Part shown: positions 25,610 to 34,083 of the stretch, piece by piece
Layout: every line of letters begins with the position of its first letter
Numbering within the stretch: the stretch's first letter is position 1
Source of the DNA: an uncultured Candidatus Saccharimonadales bacterium
GTDB lineage: Bacteria; Patescibacteriota; Saccharimonadia; UBA4664
NCBI GenBank assembly: GCA_964467655.1
Contig: CAYXSN010000010.1
Location: forward strand, 1-61,775
Length of the DNA stretch: 61,775 bases
Reading direction: 5' to 3'
Notes under the pieces: generated by a model
Told to the model about the DNA's origin: nothing
The model's database searches: none
What the model saw: only the letters and a program-made list of their open reading frames with translations
Position numbers and translations under genes: made by a program

Positions 25610-26671
25610 ATGAATTTCGCAGATTTCTGGCCGACTAATTTTATTCACGCTCAAGAAGTCACGTCGTTGTCTCGCCTAGGGATGATGGCGTTTGGTGCCT
25701 TTGTATTGTCAATGCTCCTGGTGCCGGTTTACACCAAATTAGCTTTCCGATACAAGTTGTGGAAGCAGCCTCGTTCGACGGCTATTACTGGTGAAGCAGC
25801 GCCGGTTTACCAACGGTTGCATGCTGCTAAGCACCAACGTAATATCCCGACTATGGGTGGTGCGGTCCTGATTGTGGCGGCGGCAGTGATTACGCTGGTG
25901 TTAAACCTGTCGCGCAATCAGACCTATTTGCCGCTGGCGGTCTTTGTGGCGGCAGGACTTGTGGGCCTGCTGGATGACTATTTGAACATCAGGTCGGAAG
26001 GCCTTGGTATTGCCGGTATGAGGGGCAAAATTAAATTCAGTCTGATATTTGGGATCGCGGTCTTGGGTGCTTTGTATTTTTATTACAAACTTGGCTACAG
26101 TTTGATCCATGTACCGGCTGTGGGTGATTTTAATATCGGTTGGCTTTATATCCCGCTTTTTATTGCCGTGGTGGTGTCGACTGCTAATGCCGTAAATATT
26201 ACTGATGGTTTGGATGGTTTGTCGGGTGGCTTGTTGTCGACGGCTTTTTCAATCTTCGGGGTGATAGCCTATTTCCAGGGTAGTTATGGTATTGCCGGCT
26301 TTTGTATGACGCTCGTAGGAGTACTTCTGACGTATACTTGGTTTAGTATTTATCCAATTCGCTTTTTTATGGGCGATAGTGGGTCTTTTGCTTTCGGGAC
26401 AACCTTAGGGGTGATAGCGATGCTGACAAACAGTGTTTTTGTGTTGCCGATTATTGCAGCTGTGTTTGTTGCTGAGGCCGGTTCAAGTGTGATTCAGATT
26501 TTGTCGAAGAAGTTTTTGGGACGCAAAGTGTTTATATCGGCGCCCTTGCACCATCACCTGGAAGCAATTGGTTGGCCGGAAACTAAAGTGACGATGCGGC
26601 TATGGGTCATTGGCCAGGTCGTGGGCGCCCTTGGACTCATTTTGGCCTTGCTGGGGAATAGAGTACCGTGA
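25610..26671 (+). CDS. mraY: phospho-N-acetylmuramoyl-pentapeptide transferase MraY
   Basis: NAVNITDGLDGL, polytopic membrane protein, HHHLE motif. Confidence 0.97.
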   Translation: MNFADFWPTNFIHAQEVTSLSRLGMMAFGAFVLSMLLVPVYTKLAFRYKLWKQPRSTAITGEAAPVYQRLHAAKHQRNIPTMGGAVLIVAAAVITLVLNLSRNQTYLPLAVFVAAGLVGLLDDYLNIRSEGLGIAGMRGKIKFSLIFGIAVLGALYFYYKLGYSLIHVPAVGDFNIGWLYIPLFIAVVVSTANAVNITDGLDGLSGGLLSTAFSIFGVIAYFQGSYGIAGFCMTLVGVLLTYTWFSIYPIRFFMGDSGSFAFGTTLGVIAMLTNSVFVLPIIAAVFVAEAGSSVIQILSKKFLGRKVFISAPLHHHLEAIGWPETKVTMRLWVIGQVVGALGLILALLGNRVP

Positions 26672-27897
26672 ACGAAACTCAATTGCCTGAGCGGACCCAT
26701 AAGCCTGATTACAGTTTAGCTATTGCTGTGGTGGTCCTCCTGGCCATTGGCCTCGTCGTGATGTATTCGATCAGTCCTATTTTGAGTTATAAACAACTTG
26801 GCAATGTCGATAGCAATCGCTTTTTTGGTAAACAGGCACTGGTGGCAGCTTCGGGTCTAGCCGCCATGGTGCTTATGGCCTATACCAGGTATGACCGGTG
26901 GCGTTTATGGGGCCAGTGGGTGCTTGTGGCGGCTGCTGTGATGACGATAGCGCTCCTGGTGCCTGGCCTGTCGCAGCATACAAACGGTGCGACCCGTTGG
27001 CTGAACCTAGGGCCATTATCGGTTCAGCCTGCAGAGGTGTTAAAGCTTGGCATTGTTCTTTACCTGGCGTTTTGGTTTGAGCGGCGACGGGATGAACTCA
27101 AATCACTGGCTGACGGTGTCATGCCATTTTTGATCATGGCCGGTATCATTGGGTTTGCTGTGGTAGTTATGCAGCGAGATATGGGTACTATGCTGGTGTT
27201 GGGTGCTGTCATGCTGGGGATGTATTTTGTTGCCGGTATGAGGCGCCGACACTTGCTGGCGGTGGTGGCTACAGCCGTGGTGGCCGGTTGGTTGGCGATT
27301 ACGATGTTTCCTCATCGTATGGAAAGGGTCATGACGTTTTTAAATCCCAGATGTGATGATCCAGCCTATGCCCTCAATGACTCTCATCATATTTGCCAGG
27401 CTTTATTGGGAGTGGGCAGTGGTGGCTTATTTGGGGTGGGGTTGGGTCACAGTATTCAGGTTTACGGTTACCTGCCTGAGGCCGCTAACGATTCAATTTT
27501 TTCGGTTGTCGCCGAAGAATTTGGGCTCGTTGGCGCTACCGTGATAGTGGCTTTGTTTGTGCTGGTGGCGTGGCGGGCATTGGCGATTGCTCGTCGGGCG
27601 CCTGACACATTTGGGCGACTGGTGGCGACTGGCATTGGTCTCTGGATCATCACTCAGGCTGTGGTGAACATTGGCGCCATGTTGGCATTGGTGCCATTAA
27701 CTGGTATCCCGCTACCTTTTATTTCGTTTGGCGGGACCAACTTGTTGGTATCATTAATGGCAGTGGGTATCTTGTTAAATATTTCTAAATACACCGTTAG
27801 AGAGGGCAGTCATGAAAGTGGCCTTGAGCGGCGGCGGATCGGCCGGGCATATCATGCCGGCGCTAGCCGTCAGCGACGCGTTGCGATCACTCGATAA
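26668..27897 (+). CDS. ftsW: SEDS family peptidoglycan polymerase FtsW
   Basis: Polytopic SEDS pattern (PEAANDSIFSVVAEEFG, PLPFISFGGT). The 3' end overlaps murG by 86 nt. Confidence 0.9.
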   Translation: MNETQLPERTHKPDYSLAIAVVVLLAIGLVVMYSISPILSYKQLGNVDSNRFFGKQALVAASGLAAMVLMAYTRYDRWRLWGQWVLVAAAVMTIALLVPGLSQHTNGATRWLNLGPLSVQPAEVLKLGIVLYLAFWFERRRDELKSLADGVMPFLIMAGIIGFAVVVMQRDMGTMLVLGAVMLGMYFVAGMRRRHLLAVVATAVVAGWLAITMFPHRMERVMTFLNPRCDDPAYALNDSHHICQALLGVGSGGLFGVGLGHSIQVYGYLPEAANDSIFSVVAEEFGLVGATVIVALFVLVAWRALAIARRAPDTFGRLVATGIGLWIITQAVVNIGAMLALVPLTGIPLPFISFGGTNLLVSLMAVGILLNISKYTVREGSHESGLERRRIGRAYHAGASRQRRVAITR

Positions 27898-28978
27898 CGA
27901 TTTAGAACTTTTGTACATCGGGCAACCTGATAGTATGGAAGAACGGATCGTGAAAGCTAAAGGCCTAGCCTTTGCGTCGGTGCGGGCTGGTAAATTTCGG
28001 CGCCGCCATTTTGACTCCAATGTTGGCAAGCTGCTGAACTGGCGGACTTTGGGACCCAATAGCCTCGATGCCTTTAAGACAGTGGCGGGAGTCCATGATG
28101 CTTACCAGGTACTCCGGCGGTTTAAGCCCGCAGTTATTTTCATTAAAGGTGGTTTTGTCGGGGTGCCTGTGGGTCTGGCGGCCAGAAGCTTACGTATACC
28201 ATACGTGATTCATGAATCCGATGTGTCACCAGGGCTAGCGAACCGATTGCTTGGTCGCTGGGCGACCGCGATCGCCGTTGGTTTTCCAAAGAAGTACTAC
28301 CGTCAGTGGCACGATAAGCCCTTAGTGTTTGTGGGAAACCCGGTTCGGCCCGAAGTCCTGAAGGCTCATCGACTTGAGGGTCTGGCCCGGTTTAAATTTG
28401 ATGAGCATCGGCCGGTTGTTTTAGTGACTGGTGGGTCTCAGGGCTCGCGGGAGATCAACGAGGCAGTCCTCGAAGGCCTCGATGGCTTGCTGGAACTCGC
28501 TCAAGTTATCCATGTAACTGGCGAGGGTGAATATGAAAGGGTGCAGTTTGCATTGCGGCGGCGGTCTTTGCCATCTGATTCTTCACGGTACCAGGTAGCT
28601 GCGTTTCTGAACGCTGACATGCCACTGGCCTTGGCTGTTGCTGATGTTGTGGTCTGCAGGGCAGGTATGAACACTGTGGCGGAACTGGCCGCACTCCATA
28701 AGCCAGCCGTACTAATACCGAACACTGATATGGCTGGTCATCAAGTGGCCAACGCCAGGGTGTTGGGCCGCGCTGGCGCGGCCCGGGTGTTATCTGGGAC
28801 GAGTGTGACCGGCCCGAAGCTAGTAGGGGAGGTAGCCAAAATATTGCATGACGACAAAGAGCAAAGACGCCTATCCCAGGCAATGGGGACTTTTGCTACG
28901 GCCGATGCTGCCGCCGATTTAGCCAAACTAATCATCAAAATTGGCCGGCCCACGTTAGGTGAGGGGAGGGGAGTATGA
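27812..28978 (+). CDS. murG: UDP-N-acetylglucosamine--lipid I transferase MurG
   Basis: MKVALSGGGSAGHIMPALAV N-terminus and the G-loop TGGSQGS. Confidence 0.93.
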   Translation: MKVALSGGGSAGHIMPALAVSDALRSLDNDLELLYIGQPDSMEERIVKAKGLAFASVRAGKFRRRHFDSNVGKLLNWRTLGPNSLDAFKTVAGVHDAYQVLRRFKPAVIFIKGGFVGVPVGLAARSLRIPYVIHESDVSPGLANRLLGRWATAIAVGFPKKYYRQWHDKPLVFVGNPVRPEVLKAHRLEGLARFKFDEHRPVVLVTGGSQGSREINEAVLEGLDGLLELAQVIHVTGEGEYERVQFALRRRSLPSDSSRYQVAAFLNADMPLALAVADVVVCRAGMNTVAELAALHKPAVLIPNTDMAGHQVANARVLGRAGAARVLSGTSVTGPKLVGEVAKILHDDKEQRRLSQAMGTFATADAAADLAKLIIKIGRPTLGEGRGV

Positions 28979-29793
28979 ACGGCCAGCGCCGAGTAGTGCG
29001 AACCTCAAGGGGAGTTTACGGTCGTTCCGTGCCCCTGGCAGCACCGGCTAGGAGGCGAGTGAGGTTAGATCTGGGTTGGACCATGAGTCAGCGGTTACGA
29101 CGCCTGGCAGTCATAACGTTGGTAGGTGTCGGGCTTCTGGGCGCGTCAACTTGGTTTTTGGCCATCAAGCACGTCAATGTGGCAGCCTCCGAGCAGCAAG
29201 AGGCTATTACGAAGGATATTTGGCGACAGCTACAGGCCGGATGGTGGCCGCCAACTCTCGTAGCGGTCGACATTCCGACATTGGAATCAGCAGTCAAAAA
29301 GGCTCATCCTATCGTCAAAACCGTTGCCATTCAGCGTCGGTGGCCCAATACGCTCGATGTAACTGTGGAGCTCAAATCTCCAAAACTGGCCTGGTTTTCG
29401 GGTAGTCAACTGATGGTGCTCGACGCTGACGGTAGTGCGATTGGTGGCTTGAGCGCCGCCGACACCAAGTTACCCGTGGTCTATGATGGCAGCAACCTGC
29501 CAGTTGAAGCCGGTCAGACGGTTGTGAGGCCTCAATTTGTCAGCTTTGTCCAAGAGCTGATTGCTGGCTTGAATACCCGGGGCATCGGTATTACTAAGCT
29601 CAAGGTTGGCCAGACTACTCTTGATCTGACGGTTGAAACCGCCAAGACTTACCAATTGATTTTTGATACTGCCCGGCCGGCAGAGGAGGGATTACGTGAT
29701 TTGGACGCAGTCCTTAAGACTGCGATTGCCCAAAAGAAACCAGTGAACGAATACATTGACTTGCGCATTAGTGGCAAAGCCTACTATAAGTAG
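28975..29793 (+). CDS. ftsQ: FtsQ-type cell division protein (POTRA domain)
   Basis: Basic N-terminus, a single TM segment, then a POTRA-like region. ATGA overlap with murG. Last gene of the cluster. Confidence 0.7.
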   Translation: MNGQRRVVRTSRGVYGRSVPLAAPARRRVRLDLGWTMSQRLRRLAVITLVGVGLLGASTWFLAIKHVNVAASEQQEAITKDIWRQLQAGWWPPTLVAVDIPTLESAVKKAHPIVKTVAIQRRWPNTLDVTVELKSPKLAWFSGSQLMVLDADGSAIGGLSAADTKLPVVYDGSNLPVEAGQTVVRPQFVSFVQELIAGLNTRGIGITKLKVGQTTLDLTVETAKTYQLIFDTARPAEEGLRDLDAVLKTAIAQKKPVNEYIDLRISGKAYYK

Positions 29794-29943
29794 GCGAGGA
29801 AAGTCCTCTGCTCTCCCCTGGCTCTGTTCGGTTTTTGTACATATTGTTTGAGCATGATAACCTTTAAAAGCGCATTACATTAGGTAGCTTGTGGCTGCAA
29901 TTCAGTAAAAACAGCTTAAAACGTCAAAAAAATGCCAAAAATT

Positions 29944-29975
29944 TGCTAAAAAAGCTGATCAGATATAATCAGCTT
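29944..29975 (-). terminator. Rho-independent terminator ending the minus-strand HARE-HTH/VirD4-like unit
   Basis: Minus strand AAGCTGAT-TATATCTG-ATCAGCTT followed by TTTTTAGC. Confidence 0.65.
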
Positions 29976-30008
29976 AAACGGTGTTTTACTTGTTGTTTAG
30001 GCGATATC

Positions 30009-30034
30009 TGTCGCAAAATATACATTGTGCGACA
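30009..30034. other. dif-like palindromic site (candidate Xer recombination site)
   Basis: The reverse complement reads TGTCGCACAA-TGTATA-TTTTGCGACA: 10-bp arms that are 9/10 inverted repeats around TGTATA, the E. coli dif central hexamer. Located at the point of gene-orientation convergence. Confidence 0.35.
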
Positions 30035-30152
30035 TTGATATCAGGACGACTTTGACGTATAAACATACCCCTATCGCCTTTTTTCGCACTGATTGAACTC
30101 CTAGTTATCGCTCAGTGCTATATATTTTGGCCGCTGCGGCTTGACCTTGACC

Positions 30153-32915
30153 TCATGTCTTTTCTGGTCTTGAGCGTTGACGTCGGAAGCTGACTGCTTC
30201 TCCCGCCTCAAGCGCTTGGACTGGAGCATGTTGGGTAGCCTGAACATTATCTGGTTGGCGGTGGGGGAGACTGGCTGCAGTCTGTCCACGCTGTTGACTA
30301 GTGCTGCGACTGGAAGAGTGATTGTCCCGCGGGTGATTGTCCCGCGATGGTCTTGACTGGCTAGAACCACTTCCCTGATTGCTACTGTCTCCCCTGCCTT
30401 GGCTGGGCCTGGCTGGTTGACTGGGATTGCGTAACGAACCAATAAAATTCTTGTTCGTATTCTGTTCACGGGCTTCAGCAGCTAATTCTTCGGGGTCGGC
30501 TGTGCGCTGCCTGATGTCGTGTTCAACCTGGAGCCTGGGGGTGGCTACAAGTTGCCGATTTCTTTCAACTATTTGAGGCGTTAGATCGGCCTCAGGGTCA
30601 GGCATACGCAGCGTGGTAGCTGAAAAAGCCACTGATTTTTCACCGTTAATAATCATATTGATAAACACACTTTGGTTGTGTAGTCTCGTGAGGTCTGAGG
30701 CCTCAAACACAGGTTCGAAATATTTACCCAAAATTGCCGAATCGCCCGGCCCGACACGGAAGCTAATCATAGTTCCGACGTTGCCGAAGACGGCGTCACG
30801 CACCACTTCGGGCATTTGCGCAACGTATTGGTTGGCAACAGTCAGATTGAGGCCGTATTTACGGGCTTCAGACAAAATTACGGCAAACGAGTCGGTAGCA
30901 AAGTTCTGGAATTCGTCGACGTAGAGGTAGAAGGGCCGGCGTTGATCCATAGACATATCGGCCCTACTCATGGCAGCTAGCTGGATCTTGGTGACCATGA
31001 GAGCACCGAGAATGGCGGCGTTATCCTCCCCTACCTGACCGCGTGAGAGGTTAACGAGCAAGATTTTGCCCTCATCCATGATTTGTCTGATGTTGAAGGC
31101 GCTTTTTTGTTGGCCAATAATATTACGCACTAGCGGGTTGGCTACAAACGCTCCTACTTTGTTGAGGATTGGGGCAACGGCTTCTGAAGCAAACTTTTCG
31201 TTCCAGGAGGCAAATTCGATAATCCAGAAATTCTTGACAATCGGGTCTTTGATTTCTTTGATGACCATTTTTCTAAAACTTTTTTCGGTGAGCATGCGAG
31301 GGATATCGAGCATGGTGGCGCCTTCGTAGTCGAGCAAGGCTAATAAGGTGTAGCGCAAAATGTATTCCAAACGTGGACCCCAGGAGTCAAACATTCTTTT
31401 GAGGACGCCGACAAGTTCCGAGGAGATGTGGTCTCTCATAGCTGGGTCTGTTACTTCCATGGGGTTGAAGGCTATCGGAAAATCCCGATCGGCCGGGTTG
31501 AGGTAGACCACGTCGTTTACTCGGTATTCGGGTATGTATTTCATGATATCGGTTACGTAGTCGCCGTGAGGATCGACGATGGCAAACCCAACGTTGTGGT
31601 AGATGTCGGATAAGGTCAGGAGCTGCAGTAAGAATGATTTACCGGCACCGGTTTGTCCAATGATGTACAGGTGGCGGCCTCTGTCGCGCCGCTTGATGCC
31701 AAACTTGAGATGCTGGCCGCGGAAGTTTGTCATACCAAACAAACTGATCTCAGCGGCTTCAGCGGAGCCATCAACTGGTACGTTTGAGGGGGGTTCACTG
31801 GTCTTGGCGGTGGTCCAGACAATGTTGGGGGTGGCAACCGATTTGTGAGGCAAATGGTAGAGTGAGGCGATCTCTTCGATGTTTAGGATGTAGCCGGGGT
31901 CATAGAATAGACGTGATTGGTAATCCTGTAAAAAGTCTGGTGTGTCATAGGTCTTGGCAATGGCAAAGCCGTTTAAATTGGTAGTATTAAACTGTTTAAA
32001 TCCGCCCACAATAGCTTGCATACGTTGGCGGGCGACAATCTCATCTGGTCCTAGATAAGCGATCCTGATTTTGACCTGGTAGCCCAGTTTGGTGATTTTT
32101 TCTTCAACGGCCTTAATAATGCCTTGCTGACCTGGGCTCAGCTCTACTTTGGCATCGGCAGTAGTCGAAGTCGAGGCCGGTGGCTCGTAGAGAGCCCTAA
32201 TGAAGTTTGACAGTACATAGATGGGAACCTGCAAGAGACCCTCGGTCAGTTTGGCGAGCCAGTCTTTTTTGGCTCCCCCTTTGATGACGTCGATATAGTC
32301 TTTGCCTTGCTCTTGCCAGGAGTCGTCAATGGGTCGGGCTAGTATTTGGATCCAGACTTCTTCGCCACTCGGGTCGAGTTTGGCAAGAACTCCCGTGATA
32401 CCGGCGAGTGGATCAACTTCGAAAGAAGTAAAGGTTTTAATCGGTATGACGGTGTCTTTGGTGAGCCCCAGCTCGGCGCCGTAAATGGCTCGCTCCCCCA
32501 CTTCGGCTTGTGAGTAGTCGTCGGCATTTTCTTTGATCTGGACCGTGGGATATTGGGCATAAATCTGGCTTTCCACGAAATCCTTGAGGTGCCTGGGCAC
32601 CCAGACATAGAATTGGATGGAATTGTAGTGAGCGGCTATCTCGAAGCTGACGTGCTCTTGACCACTCCCCTGCCTGAGGTCACTATCGGGTCTCAGGATA
32701 CCATGCAGCGAGGCAAACATTTGTTCCGCTGACAGCTCTTTTTTTTCGTTTTCCTTGGGTACATCAATTCGTAACAGGATAGTATCTGCCAGATTAGGCT
32801 GAGCTACGCTTGAGCTACTTGACAAACTTTTATTTCGATTTTGTAATATGAGGTAGCCAAAGACAGCTACCACTACTACCCAACCGTAAAACTTGAATAG
32901 TAACAGCCCAATCAC
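30153..32915 (-). CDS. membrane-anchored VirD4/TraG/HerA-like P-loop ATPase with a disordered C-terminal tail
   Basis: N-terminal TM segment, Walker A GQTGAGKS, Walker B-like LYVDEFQNF, and a Ser/Gln/Arg-rich tail containing a duplicated PRDNH. GTG start; the start assignment is uncertain. Confidence 0.8.
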   Translation of the reverse strand: MIGLLLFKFYGWVVVVAVFGYLILQNRNKSLSSSSSVAQPNLADTILLRIDVPKENEKKELSAEQMFASLHGILRPDSDLRQGSGQEHVSFEIAAHYNSIQFYVWVPRHLKDFVESQIYAQYPTVQIKENADDYSQAEVGERAIYGAELGLTKDTVIPIKTFTSFEVDPLAGITGVLAKLDPSGEEVWIQILARPIDDSWQEQGKDYIDVIKGGAKKDWLAKLTEGLLQVPIYVLSNFIRALYEPPASTSTTADAKVELSPGQQGIIKAVEEKITKLGYQVKIRIAYLGPDEIVARQRMQAIVGGFKQFNTTNLNGFAIAKTYDTPDFLQDYQSRLFYDPGYILNIEEIASLYHLPHKSVATPNIVWTTAKTSEPPSNVPVDGSAEAAEISLFGMTNFRGQHLKFGIKRRDRGRHLYIIGQTGAGKSFLLQLLTLSDIYHNVGFAIVDPHGDYVTDIMKYIPEYRVNDVVYLNPADRDFPIAFNPMEVTDPAMRDHISSELVGVLKRMFDSWGPRLEYILRYTLLALLDYEGATMLDIPRMLTEKSFRKMVIKEIKDPIVKNFWIIEFASWNEKFASEAVAPILNKVGAFVANPLVRNIIGQQKSAFNIRQIMDEGKILLVNLSRGQVGEDNAAILGALMVTKIQLAAMSRADMSMDQRRPFYLYVDEFQNFATDSFAVILSEARKYGLNLTVANQYVAQMPEVVRDAVFGNVGTMISFRVGPGDSAILGKYFEPVFEASDLTRLHNQSVFINMIINGEKSVAFSATTLRMPDPEADLTPQIVERNRQLVATPRLQVEHDIRQRTADPEELAAEAREQNTNKNFIGSLRNPSQPARPSQGRGDSSNQGSGSSQSRPSRDNHPRDNHSSSRSTSQQRGQTAASLPHRQPDNVQATQHAPVQALEAGEAVSFRRQRSRPEKT

Positions 32916-32970
32916 CTGAAAAATCAGGCTTAAAGGGCCAAATATGAGCGAGGTAAGATTTTCGATAGGA

Positions 32971-33000
32971 TTGTACCCTCTTGTACCTCTATCGTACCCT
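32971..33000 (-). promoter_or_regulatory. three 10-bp-phased direct repeats AG(G/A)GGTAC(G/A)A upstream of the ATPase gene
   Basis: The + strand reads TTGTACCCTC|TTGTACCTCT|ATCGTACCCT. The minus-strand copy nearest the gene contains TACAAT (32975-32970). Confidence 0.5.
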
Positions 33001-33011
33001 ATTTTCGACTA

Positions 33012-34028
33012 TTAGTCTTTGAGCTTGTACGTCGCTTTGGCGGTGCGCTCGAATTGGTCTTTTTCTTGGAGATTGAGAATGATGGTTGTGGTTTTGACCT
33101 GTCGTTTCAGGAGCACCCGGCGGACGATCTCGTCTTTGTGTAGAGGTTGTTCTTCACGTAGGACGCTGGCGATGATTTCGGCGACAGTTCCCGGAGTATA
33201 GCCCCATTCAGCCAAGGCATAGATGCCCCGCCCAATCAGGATGAACCGCTCGTCTTTGATGAGTTCATTGTGAACGGCCTGAACAGTAACATCTCGCTTA
33301 GAGGCACCTAGCTGACGGACATGGCGGGCAATTTCCGAGAAATGGAGCGGTCTGCCGTGACGACCCAACACCAGATACGTCTTGTCGCGGATACTCTTAG
33401 GATTGACCTCAGGCCAGCTAATGAGGCCCCATTTGGCATCAAAATTGGCCAGTTTTTTACTGACCCGCAAGAGTTGCTCAAGCGTTTGGTTCTCGAACTG
33501 AGAGGGCACTTTATTATTAATTTTGACCAAGGTCATTGGCTTGCCATAGTCCTTGATGACTTTAACGGCCTCGCTGATTAGAGCCACCACTTGGGGCCGG
33601 GCATAAATGGGCTTGAGTGTAATGGCTTGGCGCAGGTCGTCGTCTTCTGGGATGAGCTCGACGCTGCCTGACAGCATGGCTAAGAAGACGATGTAGGGAG
33701 TGTCGAGGTCGTTGGCGCCCAACTGTTGGGCGACATCGTCGGCGAGAGTAATACCGCCGGCTTCGGCCACAATGTCGCGTAGGATGTCGCCGGCTTGGGC
33801 AACTTCGGCTGAGCCGGCATTACTCATTTTGACGATAGCGGCTTTTTCAATTTGGCGAACTCGTTCCCGAGTAATTCCAAAATCTGACCCGATTTTTTCG
33901 AGGGTCTGACGGCGGTTCATACCAAAACCGAACCGGCGCGAAATAATTTGGCGGTCACGGTCACGGCGCAGTTCCTGAAGAATGCGCTCGACAGCGGTCT
34001 TGTAATCGTAGGTTGCAGTTGTGGTCAT
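33012..34028 (-). CDS. DNA-binding protein with sigma-70 region 4-like HTH and a C-terminal HARE-HTH-like domain
   Basis: QTLEKIGSDFGITRERVRQIEKAAIVKM matches sigma region 4.2. C-terminal LHFSEIARHV...VHNELIKDERFILIGRGIYALAEW resembles the HARE-HTH / RpoE-delta N-terminal domain. Confidence 0.7.
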   Translation of the reverse strand: MTTTATYDYKTAVERILQELRRDRDRQIISRRFGFGMNRRQTLEKIGSDFGITRERVRQIEKAAIVKMSNAGSAEVAQAGDILRDIVAEAGGITLADDVAQQLGANDLDTPYIVFLAMLSGSVELIPEDDDLRQAITLKPIYARPQVVALISEAVKVIKDYGKPMTLVKINNKVPSQFENQTLEQLLRVSKKLANFDAKWGLISWPEVNPKSIRDKTYLVLGRHGRPLHFSEIARHVRQLGASKRDVTVQAVHNELIKDERFILIGRGIYALAEWGYTPGTVAEIIASVLREEQPLHKDEIVRRVLLKRQVKTTTIILNLQEKDQFERTAKATYKLKD

Positions 34029-34039
34029 AATTACTCAGA

Positions 34040-34068
34040 ATTATAAAATAACACGACGGGCGTGTCAA
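34040..34068 (-). promoter_or_regulatory. consensus promoter TTGACA-17-TATAAT, 11 nt upstream of the HARE-HTH gene ATG
   Basis: On the minus strand, TTGACA is at 34068-34063 and TATAAT at 34045-34040. The ATG is at 34028. Confidence 0.6.
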
Positions 34069-34083
34069 CGGGAATTATGACCC

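Noticed and set aside
30318-30346. Tandem 15-nt duplication GTGATTGTCCCGCGG x2
   Set aside because: It lies inside the ATPase gene and simply encodes a duplicated PRDNH in the disordered C-terminal tail. It is not a CRISPR-like or regulatory repeat.
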